A stretch of DNA of 64,000 nucleotides from an uncultured Eubacteriales bacterium (GCA_934486705.1 CAKSQS010000005.1:18120-82119), one strand, 5' to 3'; shown: positions 29,757 to 40,425, counted from the stretch's first letter. Notes: generated by a model not told the origin, from the letters alone. A program made the numbers and translations.

Positions 29757-30137
29757 TCAATCCTTTGCCGTAAATATCATAACAAGCGGCAGCGCGCAGG
29801 GAAAGATCGGTGCGAAAAAGAGTAAAAATGTTTCTAACCCAAACGGGAATAAAAGGAAAAATGCAAACGAAAATATTACAAAAGCAAGCGGACCTACGGC
29901 TGCGAGAAAGGCGACCGCAAACAGTGCGACGGCAGTAATTCTGTTCAGTTTATTCGCGCACAAAAGCGCACCGAGAGCGGCATAAATACCCGCCGATACG
30001 ATACCTTGCGGTATCCACAGCATTGCGAAATTCGGCCCCGGATCTTTTATAATGCATGATAAAAAGTAAATTCCCGAAGCCAAAAACGCAATTGAGAATA
30101 AAAACGAAAGGCAAATAGGAAAAATTCGCTTTTTCAT
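29757..30137 (-). CDS. small integral membrane protein, unknown function
   Basis: 126 aa with four hydrophobic helices and no motif. Confidence 0.4.
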   Translation of the reverse strand: MKKRIFPICLSFLFSIAFLASGIYFLSCIIKDPGPNFAMLWIPQGIVSAGIYAALGALLCANKLNRITAVALFAVAFLAAVGPLAFVIFSFAFFLLFPFGLETFLLFFAPIFPCALPLVMIFTAKD

Positions 30138-30152
30138 AGATAATACCTCGCT

Positions 30153-31073
30153 TTATTTTTCTATAAACTCCAAAATATCATTCATAACGTCCTGCCTGCA
30201 AATATCGTTGTGTATTTCGTGGCGGCAGTTTTCATAAAGCTTTATATTAACATCTTCCATACCTGCGGCTTTAAGCCTTTTATAAACCGTTTTAACTCCC
30301 TTGCCGTAATTTCCCACGGGGTCGTGCGTGCCGGAAATTAAGAGTACAGGGAGATTTTTGCGCATATTTTTAAACCAAGCGCCGCGGTTGCTGAGCTGAT
30401 TCAGCTTTACAAGGTCGTGCATGGCGGACACTGTGAATTTAAAGGTGCAGTATTCATCCGCCGCATATTTTTCGATAACCTCGCGGTCGGATGTTACCCA
30501 ATCGTACTCGCTTTCCCCCTCAAAGCGCTTGTTATACGCGCCGAAAGCGATATTGTTTATAAGCTTAGAGCGGTGCTTTTGCCCGAAAAACAGCTGCATT
30601 ATGTCGGTCAGCAGCAGCCCGAAGGGCGCTGCGGCGTTAGGTCCGCCCGTTCCGCAGATTATGAATTTTTCAATCCCGTCGCCGTAATTTTCGGCGACTA
30701 TACGGGAAATAAACGAGCCCATTGAGTGCCCCATAAGGTAAAGCGGTTTATCGGGGAACATTTTTCTCACTGCGTCTTCAAAGGCTTTAACGTCGTTCAC
30801 AAGGTATTTCCAGCCGTTGCGGTGGGCTATAAAGCCGAGTTCATCCTTATTTTTCGCCGTTTCGCCGTGACCTAAATTATCATAGCCGCAGCAAACATAG
30901 CCCTTTTCAGCCAAAAATGCGAAAATATGGTCGTAGCGCGCTATATATTCGCACATACCGTGAACAATATGGAAAATGCCCTTAATTTCGCCCTCGGGTA
31001 TATAAATTCTGCCTTTAAGCGTGTGAATATTATCAGTGCCCGGCACTTCTATTGCTTTAAGCTCGTATTGCAT
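30153..31073 (-). CDS. alpha/beta hydrolase (lysophospholipase/monoacylglycerol lipase-like)
   Basis: Nucleophile elbow GHSMGS, oxyanion HGMCEY, and a C-terminal HEIHND catalytic His region. Confidence 0.85.
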   Translation of the reverse strand: MQYELKAIEVPGTDNIHTLKGRIYIPEGEIKGIFHIVHGMCEYIARYDHIFAFLAEKGYVCCGYDNLGHGETAKNKDELGFIAHRNGWKYLVNDVKAFEDAVRKMFPDKPLYLMGHSMGSFISRIVAENYGDGIEKFIICGTGGPNAAAPFGLLLTDIMQLFFGQKHRSKLINNIAFGAYNKRFEGESEYDWVTSDREVIEKYAADEYCTFKFTVSAMHDLVKLNQLSNRGAWFKNMRKNLPVLLISGTHDPVGNYGKGVKTVYKRLKAAGMEDVNIKLYENCRHEIHNDICRQDVMNDILEFIEK

Positions 31074-31085
31074 AGATATTCCTCC

Positions 31086-32564
31086 TCAAAAGGCTTTGGT
31101 GCTGCGCACGGCGCGTTTCCAGCCGTCCGTCAGTGCTTCGCGGTGTTTTGCCGTAATTGCGGGTTTAAACTCGGTCTGATTATCGGGCAGGCGAAGTATC
31201 TCGCTTTTATTCTTCCAAAAGCCCACGGCAAGCCCCGCAAGATAAGCCGCCCCTGCGGCGGTAGCCTCGGTCTGCGCGGGTCTTATAACCCCTACATCCG
31301 AAATATCCGCCTGAAACTGCATTAAAAAGTTATTTGCGGCGGCTCCGCCGTCCGCTCTTATGTGATTGATAGGCAGCCCCGTGTCCGCTTTAAGCGCGGT
31401 TATAAGGTCGTTAGTCTGGTAGGCTATAGCCTCAAGGCAAGCCCTTATTATGTGGTTTTTGCCGCTGCCGCGCGTAAGCCCGCAAATTGTGCCGCGGGCG
31501 TACATATCCCAGTAAGGCGCGCCCAACCCCGCAAAGGCGGGAACAATGTAGACCCCTGCGGAATCGGGAACGGAAAGCGCCGCTTTTTCGCTTTCGGCAG
31601 CTGATGCTATAAGCCCCAATTCATCGCGCAGCCACTGAATGACCGCGCCGCCCACAAACACGCTGCCCTCAAGCGCGTAGCATATATTATCGCCCGCGTC
31701 GGCGGCAATGGTGGTTATAAGCCCGTTTTTGCTTTCATAAGCGGTAGTTCCTGTATTCATAAGCAAAAAGCAGCCCGTGCCGTAGGTGTTTTTAATATCG
31801 CCCTCGCAAAAGCATTTCTGCCCGAAAAGCGCCGCCTGCTGGTCACCCGCAATGCCCGAAACGGGTATTTCCGCGCCCAAAATGTTTACATTGCCGTAAA
31901 TTTCGCTGCTTGAGCGCACCTCGGGCAGCATACATTCGGGAATTTGCAGTATTTCAAGTATTCTTTTATCCCAGTTGAGCGCGTGTATATCGTAAAGCAT
32001 TGTTCTTGCGGCGTTTGTGCGGTCGGTAACGTGAATTTTGCCGCCTGAAAGCTTCCATATAAGCCAGGTATCAACCGTGCCGAAAAGCAGTTCGCCGTTT
32101 TCGGCTCTGTCGCGTGCAGAGGGCACATTATCAAGTATCCATTTAATTTTGGTGGCGCTGAAATATGCGTCAATGCGCAGCCCCGTTGTTTTGCGTATAT
32201 ATTCCTCTAAGCCGTCGGCGCGTAATTTATCGCACATTTCGGAGGTGCGGCGGCATTGCCACACTATCGCGTTATAAATCGGCTCGCCCGTATTTTTATC
32301 CCATATAATCGTGGTCTCGCGCTGATTTGTAACCCCCACTGCGGCAATTTCCTCGGCAGAGGCGCCTATTGCCGTTATAGCCTCGGTAACGGCGGCGTAC
32401 TGAACCGAGAATATTTCCACGGGGTCGTGCTCCACAAAGCCCGGCTGCGGGTATATTTGTTTAAATTCCCTTTGTGCTACCGATACGACGCCCGCGCCCT
32501 TATCAAAAAGCACGGCGCGGGCGCTCGTTGTACCCTCGTCAAGCGTTAAAATATACTTTTTCAT
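31086..32564 (-). CDS. glpK: glycerol kinase
   Basis: [46 protein letters not shown] and [18 protein letters not shown] are invariant GlpK blocks. Confidence 0.95.
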   Translation of the reverse strand: MKKYILTLDEGTTSARAVLFDKGAGVVSVAQREFKQIYPQPGFVEHDPVEIFSVQYAAVTEAITAIGASAEEIAAVGVTNQRETTIIWDKNTGEPIYNAIVWQCRRTSEMCDKLRADGLEEYIRKTTGLRIDAYFSATKIKWILDNVPSARDRAENGELLFGTVDTWLIWKLSGGKIHVTDRTNAARTMLYDIHALNWDKRILEILQIPECMLPEVRSSSEIYGNVNILGAEIPVSGIAGDQQAALFGQKCFCEGDIKNTYGTGCFLLMNTGTTAYESKNGLITTIAADAGDNICYALEGSVFVGGAVIQWLRDELGLIASAAESEKAALSVPDSAGVYIVPAFAGLGAPYWDMYARGTICGLTRGSGKNHIIRACLEAIAYQTNDLITALKADTGLPINHIRADGGAAANNFLMQFQADISDVGVIRPAQTEATAAGAAYLAGLAVGFWKNKSEILRLPDNQTEFKPAITAKHREALTDGWKRAVRSTKAF

Positions 32565-33700
32565 ATCGCACCGTTTTTTACTATTATTCGCGGAACGCGC
32601 GGGGATATGCCGCAGATTATTTCATAATTTATTGTGCCGCACATATCCGCAAGCTCCTCAACGGGTAATTCCTTGCCGAATAAAATTACCTCGTCGCCCT
32701 GCTTTACGTCCTCAATATCCGTCACGTCAACCGACATCTGGTCCATACATATCCTGCCGATTATGGGGGCTTTTTTGCCCTTTATTAAAACATAGCCTTT
32801 ATTTGAGAGCAGCCGCGGGTAGCCGTCGGCATAGCCTGCGGTTACTGTGGCGGTTTTCATTTCCTTTTCGGCGGTAAAGGTTCTGCCGTAGCTTACGGTA
32901 TCGCCCTTTTTAACGGTTTTAACCATTGAAACAACCGATTTCACCGTCATTGCGGGTATAAAATCTTCTTTCAGCTTTAAGCCGGAAGATGGGGTAAGCC
33001 CGTAAAGAATTATACCCGGGCGGCACATATCAAGGTGCTTATCGGTATCAAGGCAGAAAGCCGCCGAATTGCAGCAGTGGCAAATTTTCGGGGTAAGCCC
33101 CGCCATTATAAAGCGCTCTTTTGCCGCAATAAAGCGCGAATACTGCGCGGCGGTAAAGCCGTCCTCCTCTTTGGGGGTGCGGTCGGAAACGGCAAAATGC
33201 GTGAAAATTCCGCCGAAATCAAAGCCCGGCAGCCGCGCGGCGTCAATTGCGTCCTCAATCCCCGCAAGGGAGCTATCGCGGCAATCAAACCCTATGCGGC
33301 TCATACCCGTATCAAGCTTTATGTGTATTTTAATTCTTACCTTATCCGCCGTAGCTTTCTGTGAAAGAGCAGCGGCGTATTCGGGGGAGTAAACGCTTTG
33401 GGTTATATCGTTGATATAAAGCTGCGAAGCCATACTTACGGGCGTATAGCCCAAAATCAAAATAGGCTTGGTTATACCGCAGCCGCGCAGCGTTACCGCC
33501 TCTTCTATATTTGAAACGGCGAAAGCGTCAGCCCCCTCTGTTTCAAGCAGGGGAGCGACGTTGCGCGCGGAGTGACCGTAGGCATCCGCCTTTACAACCG
33601 CCATTATTTTAGCGCCCGCTGCCTCTTTTTTAATAATACCGAAATTATGTACAAGGGCGTCAACATCAATTTCCGCCCAGGTTCTGTGAAGAAATTCCAC
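32561..33700 (-). CDS. alr: alanine racemase
   Basis: PLP-lysine motif [20 protein letters not shown], and a C-terminal [11 protein letters not shown]...[14 protein letters not shown]. Confidence 0.95.
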   Translation of the reverse strand: MEFLHRTWAEIDVDALVHNFGIIKKEAAGAKIMAVVKADAYGHSARNVAPLLETEGADAFAVSNIEEAVTLRGCGITKPILILGYTPVSMASQLYINDITQSVYSPEYAAALSQKATADKVRIKIHIKLDTGMSRIGFDCRDSSLAGIEDAIDAARLPGFDFGGIFTHFAVSDRTPKEEDGFTAAQYSRFIAAKERFIMAGLTPKICHCCNSAAFCLDTDKHLDMCRPGIILYGLTPSSGLKLKEDFIPAMTVKSVVSMVKTVKKGDTVSYGRTFTAEKEMKTATVTAGYADGYPRLLSNKGYVLIKGKKAPIIGRICMDQMSVDVTDIEDVKQGDEVILFGKELPVEELADMCGTINYEIICGISPRVPRIIVKNGAI

Positions 33701-33713
33701 TTTTATTTCCGCC

Positions 33714-34127
33714 TTATTTTTTAATAATATTATTGCCCAACTGTTTTTTTACCTTGCCCGCAAACGGAATACACACAAGGCTTAAAAGCACCCAAAGGCA
33801 GGAATAGGGCATACAAATCTGCCCGCCTATGTTCATTGGCATTTTGCTGTAATCCCAAACGTTCTTCTTTAAAATTATATTAAATACAACGCCGAAAATG
33901 AACTCAATACCCGTAACGAAGGTGCTGCCTACAAGTCCTTTTATCAAAAGTCCCGCTTTTTTGAGCTTTTCGCTTATTGTGCCGAAGAACACAAAGCAAA
34001 TTCCACCCGCCCCTAACATTGACCAGTGCGTGTAGCCGCGCCACATAACCTCAATAAGCCCGTAGCCCACAGCGCCTATTGAAAAAAGCATAAATCTTAT
34101 TTTTCGCTGTTTCATTTTATCACCCAT
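33714..34127 (-). CDS. small membrane protein (putative ABC-transporter type IV / DUF1113-like)
   Basis: 137 aa, four TM helices. YGLIEVMWRGYTHWSM resembles that family as I recall it. Confidence 0.4.
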   Translation of the reverse strand: MGDKMKQRKIRFMLFSIGAVGYGLIEVMWRGYTHWSMLGAGGICFVFFGTISEKLKKAGLLIKGLVGSTFVTGIEFIFGVVFNIILKKNVWDYSKMPMNIGGQICMPYSCLWVLLSLVCIPFAGKVKKQLGNNIIKK

Positions 34128-34182
34128 AGTTATTATGGGTGATAATTCTTTCGGCTATTCAGCCAAAGCCGTGCAGTAAAAA

Positions 34183-34905
34183 TTACCGCCTGTTTCTCTT
34201 GGTAAGTGCCAAAAGGCGTATAAGCTGCGTAAGCGATACAAGCAGCGCCGCAACATAGGTCATAGCCGCGGCGGAAAGCACCTTGCGAACCGCTTTTTTC
34301 TCGTCTTCCTTTATAAGCCCCGAGGAATCAAGCGTCACAAGCGCGCGGTGAGATGCGTTGAACTCAATAGGCAGCGTTAAAAGCTGAAAAAGCAGCGCCG
34401 CGCAGAAGAAAATAACGCCTAATTTTACAAGAAAATAAAAATTGAAAATAAGCCCGATTATAAGCAGCGGCATGGAAAGCTGCGAGCCTAAATTACATAC
34501 CGGCAGTATTACCGAGCGCACCTTTATGGGCACATAGCCCTTTGCGTACTGAACGGCGTGCCCCGCCTCGTGCGCGGCAACGCCCACGGCGGAAAGGTTG
34601 TTTGCGCCGTAAACCGAATCGGAAAGGCGTATAACGTTAGTCCTCGGGTCGTAGTGGTCGGTAAGATTGCCCGAAACGCGCTCTATTTTAACATTGTATA
34701 CTCCGTTTGCCTCAAGCACCCGACGCGCAGCGTCTGCTCCTGTAAGCGGTGAATGGTGCGCACTGTATTTTGAAAAAGCGGTCTTGACCCTTATCTGCGA
34801 CCAGAGCATTATTATAATAGCCGGCACTACAAGATAAATGTAAAGCGAGTCTATACCGTAGTAATAAAAATCACTCATAAAAATATCAACTCCGAAAAAA
34901 ATCAA
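34183..34905 (-). CDS. membrane zinc metallopeptidase (Zn_peptidase_2-like)
   Basis: HEAGHAVQ zinc motif between the TM helices. The start is ambiguous (TTG at 34905 or ATG at 34878). Confidence 0.75.
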   Translation of the reverse strand: MIFFGVDIFMSDFYYYGIDSLYIYLVVPAIIIMLWSQIRVKTAFSKYSAHHSPLTGADAARRVLEANGVYNVKIERVSGNLTDHYDPRTNVIRLSDSVYGANNLSAVGVAAHEAGHAVQYAKGYVPIKVRSVILPVCNLGSQLSMPLLIIGLIFNFYFLVKLGVIFFCAALLFQLLTLPIEFNASHRALVTLDSSGLIKEDEKKAVRKVLSAAAMTYVAALLVSLTQLIRLLALTKRNRR

Positions 34906-36005
34906 ACATTAAAGCGGAAGAGAACAATGTCTCCGTCCTTCATAACATATTCCTTGCCCTCGCTCCTTACAAGTCCCTTTTCCTTCGCAACCGTCATATT
35001 GCCGCCGCATTCGTTTATAAATTCGTCAAAGCCTATTACCTCGGCGCGAATAAAGCCGCGCTCAAAGTCGGAGTGGATTTTGCCCGCCGCCTGCGGCGCT
35101 TTTGTGCCCTGCTTAATAGTCCAGGCGCGCACCTCGGGCTTGCCTGCCGTAAGGTAAGAAATAAGCCCTAAAAGGTGGTAGCACTTTTGAATCATACGGT
35201 CAAGCCCCGAGCGCTCAAGCCCCAATTCCTCAAGGAACATAACCTTTTCTTCATCCGAAAGCCCCGAAATTTCAGCCTCCAGCGCTGCGCATATCGGCAG
35301 AATTTCCGCCTTTTCGCGCTCGGCAATTTCCTTTACCGCATTGTAGTTTTTGTTTGACTCTATGCCCGAGGTAAAGTCCTCCTCGCTCATATTGCAGGCG
35401 TAAATTACGGGCTTTGCCGAAAGCAGCGCCGTGGTATCAAGCACGTTTTGCTCGGTTTCATCGTTAATTTCAACCGAGCGGGCGGGAAGCCCGTTTTCAA
35501 GGTGGGCTATAAGCCTTTTTAAGAAATCAACCTCGCCCTGAAGCGATTTATCTCCCTTAAGCGCCTTTGCGGTTTTATCAAGGCGGCGCTGCGCCATTTC
35601 AATATCCGAAAAAATCAGCTCTAAGTTTATTGTTTCAATATCGCGCGCGGGGTCAACCGAGCCCTCAACGTGAATAATGTCGTCGCTTTCAAAGCAGCGC
35701 ACAACGTGAACTATCGCGTCCACCTCGCGTATGTTGGAAAGAAACTTATTGCCGAGCCCCTCGCCCTTTGAAGCGCCCTTTACAAGCCCCGCAATATCCA
35801 CAAATTCAATAACCGCGGGGGTGAACTTGTCCGGGTTATATATCTCCGCTAATTTTTCGAGCCGCTCGTCCGGCACGCTCACCATTCCTACATTCGGCTC
35901 TATTGTGCAAAAGGGGTAATTCGCCGATTGCGCCCCCGCGTTTGTTATTGCGTTGAAAAGGGTCGATTTGCCTACGTTCGGCAGCCCTACCATTCCTAAT
36001 TTCAT
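34902..36005 (-). CDS. ychF: redox-regulated ATPase YchF
   Basis: [19 protein letters not shown], a TGS domain, and C-terminal [14 protein letters not shown]...[18 protein letters not shown]. Confidence 0.95.
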   Translation of the reverse strand: MKLGMVGLPNVGKSTLFNAITNAGAQSANYPFCTIEPNVGMVSVPDERLEKLAEIYNPDKFTPAVIEFVDIAGLVKGASKGEGLGNKFLSNIREVDAIVHVVRCFESDDIIHVEGSVDPARDIETINLELIFSDIEMAQRRLDKTAKALKGDKSLQGEVDFLKRLIAHLENGLPARSVEINDETEQNVLDTTALLSAKPVIYACNMSEEDFTSGIESNKNYNAVKEIAEREKAEILPICAALEAEISGLSDEEKVMFLEELGLERSGLDRMIQKCYHLLGLISYLTAGKPEVRAWTIKQGTKAPQAAGKIHSDFERGFIRAEVIGFDEFINECGGNMTVAKEKGLVRSEGKEYVMKDGDIVLFRFNV

Positions 36006-36030
36006 TTATTCCCATATCTCCTTATTTTAT
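35988..36030. repeat. attL core (43-bp direct repeat)
   Basis: TACCATTCCTAATTTCATTTATTCCCATATCTCCTTATTTTAT, identical to 45456-45498. It covers the ychF RBS and codons 1-6. Confidence 0.9.
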
Positions 36031-36059
36031 TAGTGTTCGGGGCGTTTTTATTTGCCCGA

Positions 36060-37262
36060 CTACACCATTTCTACACCATTTTGCAGAAATGAATAGCTTT
36101 CAAATTGATGAACGGCGTTTACAAAAGAATCCTCGGTCACATGCACATATCTGTCCATAGTCATTTGAAGACTTGAATGCCCCAAAAGCCTCTGTAAAAC
36201 CTTCGGCTGCATACCGCTTTCTATCGCCCGTGTTGCGTATGTATGGCGTAAAGCGTGCATACAAAAGCGCTTAATGCCTGCTTCGTCGCACAATTTGTAT
36301 AGATGTGTGTCATATGAGCTGTTTTTTGCAGGTTCGCCCGTTCTCCAATTTATAAATACAAGGTCTTTCATTTCAAGAAAAGATTTCGCCCCGGTATGCC
36401 TGTCAATAAACTCCAATGTCTGCGAAAGCGTTTCGGATGTCTTGCGAGTTTTTGCGGTCTTGTAAATATCCTTTAGAATTTCGTAAGCTTTATCGGTTAA
36501 CGGAATAGTGCGGTAGCTTTGCGGTGTTTTCGGCGGTCCTGCTCTCCAACAGCCTTGACCGTGCCTGTATTCTAAAGTTTTATTAACGGTTAAAGTACGC
36601 TTTTTCCAATTGATAGCATCCCATGTCAGACCGATCAATTCGCCCGTGCGAAGTCCCGTTTCGAGAATAAGCGAATATTGCGCATAATTGTGTGAGCGTT
36701 TTGCGGCTTCTAAAAATTTATGCTGTTCGCTTATTGTAAGATATTTAATATCGTTTACTTCCCGTACAGGTTTGGTGTACCTTACGCCGTTCATAGGGTG
36801 CTTTTCAATTATATCGTTCATCAATGCGGATTTAAGCATAGTTCCCATACAAATATAAGTTTGCCTTATTGTCGAGCCTGCGTAATCGCTGTCCATTTTG
36901 TTTAATACCAATTTGCAGTGCATAGGCTTAACATCTGATAAAAGCATTTTGCCGATAACGGACTGTATATTGAATTTATACCGTTCACGGTAATTCCTTA
37001 CGGTATTTGGGGCTAAATCACCCACAATATTATTTATCCAATATTCAAACCATTCATCAACGGTCATACTTGACGGGGCAAAAATATTGCCGTGCTTATC
37101 TGCATATTTTGAGTCCTCTAACCAGTTGCGAGCTTCCGGAAGAAGCGAAAAACATTTTTCGTGTCTTTTACCTGTTCTGTCAACAAATCTTGCGGTATAT
37201 AATCCGTCCTTTCTTTGGCAAATACCTTTTCCTATTTCTTTTCCTTTAAGGTTTTTACCCAT
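36060..37262 (-). CDS. int: tyrosine-type site-specific integrase
   Basis: ETGLRTGEL (Arg I), HALRHTYAT (H-x-x-R), GHSSLQMTMDRYVH (catalytic Tyr). The ATG at 37262 is preceded by AAAGGAG; the ORF extends to 37304. Confidence 0.92.
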   Translation of the reverse strand: MGKNLKGKEIGKGICQRKDGLYTARFVDRTGKRHEKCFSLLPEARNWLEDSKYADKHGNIFAPSSMTVDEWFEYWINNIVGDLAPNTVRNYRERYKFNIQSVIGKMLLSDVKPMHCKLVLNKMDSDYAGSTIRQTYICMGTMLKSALMNDIIEKHPMNGVRYTKPVREVNDIKYLTISEQHKFLEAAKRSHNYAQYSLILETGLRTGELIGLTWDAINWKKRTLTVNKTLEYRHGQGCWRAGPPKTPQSYRTIPLTDKAYEILKDIYKTAKTRKTSETLSQTLEFIDRHTGAKSFLEMKDLVFINWRTGEPAKNSSYDTHLYKLCDEAGIKRFCMHALRHTYATRAIESGMQPKVLQRLLGHSSLQMTMDRYVHVTEDSFVNAVHQFESYSFLQNGVEMV

Positions 37263-37370
37263 TTTAAAACTCCTTTCTCCAAACGAGAAAAAGAGCCAAT
37301 GCAACTATTATATTATAATGCATCAGCCCTGTTTTTTCAATATAAAACATATAAAATTAATATGACCGTA

Positions 37371-37577
37371 TTAAATTGTTAATTTATTGCTGATGAATTG
37401 CTCAAATTCCTTGCGTTTAACAAGCTTTTTTGTTCCTACATATAACACGAACGGACAATTCGGACTCCGCAGCATACGGTCAATGCGGTTAATACCTATA
37501 TTGCTGTATTCTGCGGCTTCTTTTACTGTCATTGTAAGCTTTATATTAAGCGGTATACCTACATTGCTTTGTTGCAT
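37371..37577 (-). CDS. xis: excisionase-family DNA-binding protein
   Basis: 68 aa. LTMTVKEAAEYSNIGINRIDRML is an HTH_17/Xis(Tn916)-like helix-turn-helix. Located immediately upstream of int. Confidence 0.75.
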   Translation of the reverse strand: MQQSNVGIPLNIKLTMTVKEAAEYSNIGINRIDRMLRSPNCPFVLYVGTKKLVKRKEFEQFISNKLTI

Positions 37578-37596
37578 TCAAACACACTCCTTTCCG

Positions 37597-38913
37597 TCAA
37601 TCTTCAAAATAATAAGCCTGGAAAACCGTACCGTCATATAAGATAAATCTGCCTGCGGTATCTTTGGGTATTTGTTCTGCCGCGGCGGTACTGTCGAGTA
37701 TAATCTGTGACAGTATGTTATCGGCTCTGCCGCAAATGCGGCAATCAATATTGTTTCGTATCTGCCCCGAAAGAACGGCGGCGTCAGGTCTTTGCGTTGC
37801 AAGTATCAGATGAATACCGAAAGCCCGCCCCTGTCGGGCTATTACAGATAGCTTACTTTCTATTAAACTTACCCGCTCTTTCTGTTCTTTTGTAAGTCCG
37901 GTTTTATCGAGTACCTCGGCAATTTCATCACAGGCAAATATACAGCGCTTCAGTTCTTTTCCTGTTTGTCGGCAGTATTCGTCTATGTTTCGGCAATTAC
38001 TTTCACGCAATAAGACTTTTCGCCGCTGCAATTCATCAGCAAGCCCGGTCAGCAGCGTTATAAGCTCGTTTTCATCAAAACACATTTTGCAGTTCTCCTG
38101 CCAGGCGGAGGGAAAATCCACTCCGCCCTTAAAATCCGCTATGCTGACCGACATATTTTTCTTTAATGCCTGCATAAGCAATAGCTTTAGCAGAACGCTT
38201 TTACCGCTGCCTGTCGAGCCGCCGAGTAAAATGTGCGGTATTTTTTTCAGATCCACCGTGACCGTTCCCAAAAGGCTTTTACCGAGCACGAGCACGGAAT
38301 TACTGCCTGCAAGATAATTGTCGTTCCACACCATACGCTTTAAAAGGGAATTATCCGCCTGAACCGCATAAAGCATAATTTCCTGTTTATCGCTGCCCTC
38401 TTTCAGATTTACTATATTCAAATTGAGCGCCGCCTCTATTTTTTGCCGTTTGTCTTCCCATTCTTTAAGCGGTATACCTACGCCGTAAAACCGATATACG
38501 GTTACCGAATTGTCTTTTTCGTCCGTTTCCTTTGAAATAAGCATAGGTATTTCTCCGGCGCTGTTTGTAAACCCGATTCGTTTTAACCCGTTTGAAACGG
38601 TTTCGCTGCCGGCAGGAGTGCCGAGCAGTATAAGCACGGCAGGTGCGACGGCAATAATCATTAGGGGAAAGAAAAGCTTTAGCAAAGCGATAAATACAGG
38701 GGAGATAAAGTCCGTCTTTTCAATATCAAAGTAACTTTTGCAGAAAATCCAAAATATTATAACAGCGGCATAAACCGCCAAAATAATATATCTCCCCGAT
38801 TTATTTTCTCTTACAAAATCATATCCGTTTTTAATACGAAGTAATAAATACCGCTTTTGCGTCTGCCTTTTCAGTCGTTCCTTATCATTATCAGTCATAG
38901 AAACCCTCCTCAC
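37597..38913 (-). CDS. FtsK/SpoIIIE-family DNA translocase (coupling-protein-like)
   Basis: N-terminal TM helices, Walker A GGSTGSGKSVLL, Walker B CIFACDEIAE, and ATQRPD. 4-nt overlap with rep. Confidence 0.85.
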   Translation of the reverse strand: MRRVSMTDNDKERLKRQTQKRYLLLRIKNGYDFVRENKSGRYIILAVYAAVIIFWIFCKSYFDIEKTDFISPVFIALLKLFFPLMIIAVAPAVLILLGTPAGSETVSNGLKRIGFTNSAGEIPMLISKETDEKDNSVTVYRFYGVGIPLKEWEDKRQKIEAALNLNIVNLKEGSDKQEIMLYAVQADNSLLKRMVWNDNYLAGSNSVLVLGKSLLGTVTVDLKKIPHILLGGSTGSGKSVLLKLLLMQALKKNMSVSIADFKGGVDFPSAWQENCKMCFDENELITLLTGLADELQRRKVLLRESNCRNIDEYCRQTGKELKRCIFACDEIAEVLDKTGLTKEQKERVSLIESKLSVIARQGRAFGIHLILATQRPDAAVLSGQIRNNIDCRICGRADNILSQIILDSTAAAEQIPKDTAGRFILYDGTVFQAYYFED

Positions 38914-39851
38914 TTGAAATAAATTTCTTCTGTCTGCCCGCCGGCTTTATAAAAGAAAACGCGGTGAATACGGCGTATAAACGCTTTCCATGTTTCGGGG
39001 TGATTGTGCCTGACATCAATATACTGTTCGTTTAAGGGCAGGTTAGAGGTTATATACACCTTTGTATAACACGCGGTGCGGTCGGAATACCGTGCCGGTA
39101 GTGTAAGCGGATATATGTCAAGATAATTAAGCATTGTTTCTATCGGTATTTGAGAATTAAATTCTTCAAAAACCAATATATCCTGCCCGTGGTACGAATC
39201 AAATCGCACACCGTTTTTGCCGTTGTAATCGGTAATTCTGCATATTTCGCTTGCAGGGTGCTTTTTATATATGCCGCTTGTTTTTCCCGTGCCAGACGCT
39301 CCGAACAGATATGTAACGGTAAGCTCTCTGTTTTCGGAACGGTAGCGCTCCGAAAGATATGCCTCGCGCAAAATATCTATATCCTTTAGTTTAAAGGCAA
39401 AAGAGGGCGTTTCGTCTATTATTTCTGTCGTTGATAAACCGTCCTTTACATTGCAAAGCAGCTTATACATTTTCGGTTCGCGCTCCTCACATTCATTCGG
39501 TATATTTCCGAATTCGTAAAAGCTGTCCTTGTGTGAGGTTTCACTCTTTTTATCGTCCGCCCATTTGCCCTCCTTGCGTATATAGTCGCGGTTTTCCTTT
39601 GCGCTGCCGAATGCCTTTTCTATGTGTGCGGTGGGAAAACGGTTTTTAACTGTTGAAAAGCGAATAGGGGATTTAGAGTAAATGAAAATATGGGTATGAA
39701 ATGTTCCTGTTGTTGCCGTTTCGTCCGCCATACAGTAATAATCCGGACAAAACAGATTTAAAATTTTGCGAATACCGTCACGGTCAAGCCCGCAGTCCTG
39801 CGGATTATTGATTGTAAGCGTCCATTTGCGCGATTGCGGATTAGAAGCCAT
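38910..39851 (-). CDS. rep: HUH-endonuclease / SF3-helicase replication-relaxase protein (CRESS-virus-type Rep)
   Basis: Motif I WTLTINNP, motif II HTHIFIY, motif III YIRKEG, Walker A GASGTGKTS, Walker B ILVFEEF, motif C YITSN. Confidence 0.8.
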   Translation of the reverse strand: MASNPQSRKWTLTINNPQDCGLDRDGIRKILNLFCPDYYCMADETATTGTFHTHIFIYSKSPIRFSTVKNRFPTAHIEKAFGSAKENRDYIRKEGKWADDKKSETSHKDSFYEFGNIPNECEEREPKMYKLLCNVKDGLSTTEIIDETPSFAFKLKDIDILREAYLSERYRSENRELTVTYLFGASGTGKTSGIYKKHPASEICRITDYNGKNGVRFDSYHGQDILVFEEFNSQIPIETMLNYLDIYPLTLPARYSDRTACYTKVYITSNLPLNEQYIDVRHNHPETWKAFIRRIHRVFFYKAGGQTEEIYFK

Positions 39852-39870
39852 ATGAAATTCCTCCTTTCAT

Positions 39871-39920
39871 TGCTACTGCTACTCATGCTTCCATAAGGGT
39901 AATACTTGCCCTTATGGAAG
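39871..39920 (-). other. putative Rep origin (nick-site stem-loop plus iterons)
   Basis: A perfect 12-bp stem (39888-39899 with 39909-39920) with a 9-nt loop. On the rep strand the loop plus the first stem base reads AAGTATTAC. The tandem hexamer TGCTACTGCTAC lies at 39871-39882. Confidence 0.6.
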
Positions 39921-40005
39921 TGCGGCGCTGCGCTGCCGCCGGGGAATATTTTTACTAAGGCAAAAATATTCTGTTTCCCTGTCGGCATTACAGCGCCGCA
40001 CAGCA

Positions 40006-40326
40006 TTATGGCTTTTTATTAACCAATGAAATACCTGTAGCCTTTGCGCTGATTTGTGTTTTTCCCTGGCTTTCGTATGCCGACACTTCAAGTCCGCTGA
40101 ATTCAACCTCCGCATAACCGTCCGGCTTTTCCATAAGCTGTTTCCCGTCAATTTTCACGCCGAGCTTTTCAAGGCTTAAATCCGGTAAAGCGACAATATA
40201 TCGGTATCCGGTAACGGTTTCCGTGCGGTGTCCGTCCTTATACTCATATGTCGGGACAATATCCACCAACAGCTTTTTTGCGCCGAGAGACGCAGGATCA
40301 ATTTTCAAATCACGAATGTTTAACAT
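40006..40326 (-). CDS. small conserved-element protein (Tn916 ORF22/23, DUF961-like by size and position)
   Basis: 106 aa, good RBS (AAAGGAGAAAC), first gene of the rep-ftsK operon. The family assignment is tentative. Confidence 0.4.
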   Translation of the reverse strand: MLNIRDLKIDPASLGAKKLLVDIVPTYEYKDGHRTETVTGYRYIVALPDLSLEKLGVKIDGKQLMEKPDGYAEVEFSGLEVSAYESQGKTQISAKATGISLVNKKP

Positions 40327-40425
40327 TTTTTGTTTCTCCTTTTTAATTTTATTCAGGTTTGGCGCGCACCCTTAACCTGATTGCATTGTATCAGATTTAG
40401 CAGGTGTGTTTTGCTTCCCCGGCGA

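Noticed and set aside
36006-36059. A possible ychF promoter or int terminator in the attL-proximal spacer (TCGGG...CCCGA hairpin, TAAAAT box).
   Set aside because: The hairpin is weak (5 bp with a 13-nt loop and no U-tract). The TAAAAT abuts the RBS, too close to serve as a -10. It is mentioned only under the IME finding.
39758-40151. Two overlapping minus-strand track ORFs (39758-40006 and 39912-40151) upstream of rep.
   Set aside because: They span the origin stem-loop and iteron region and the 3' end of the DUF961-like gene in other frames. They have no RBS and are Arg/Ser-rich with no motif.
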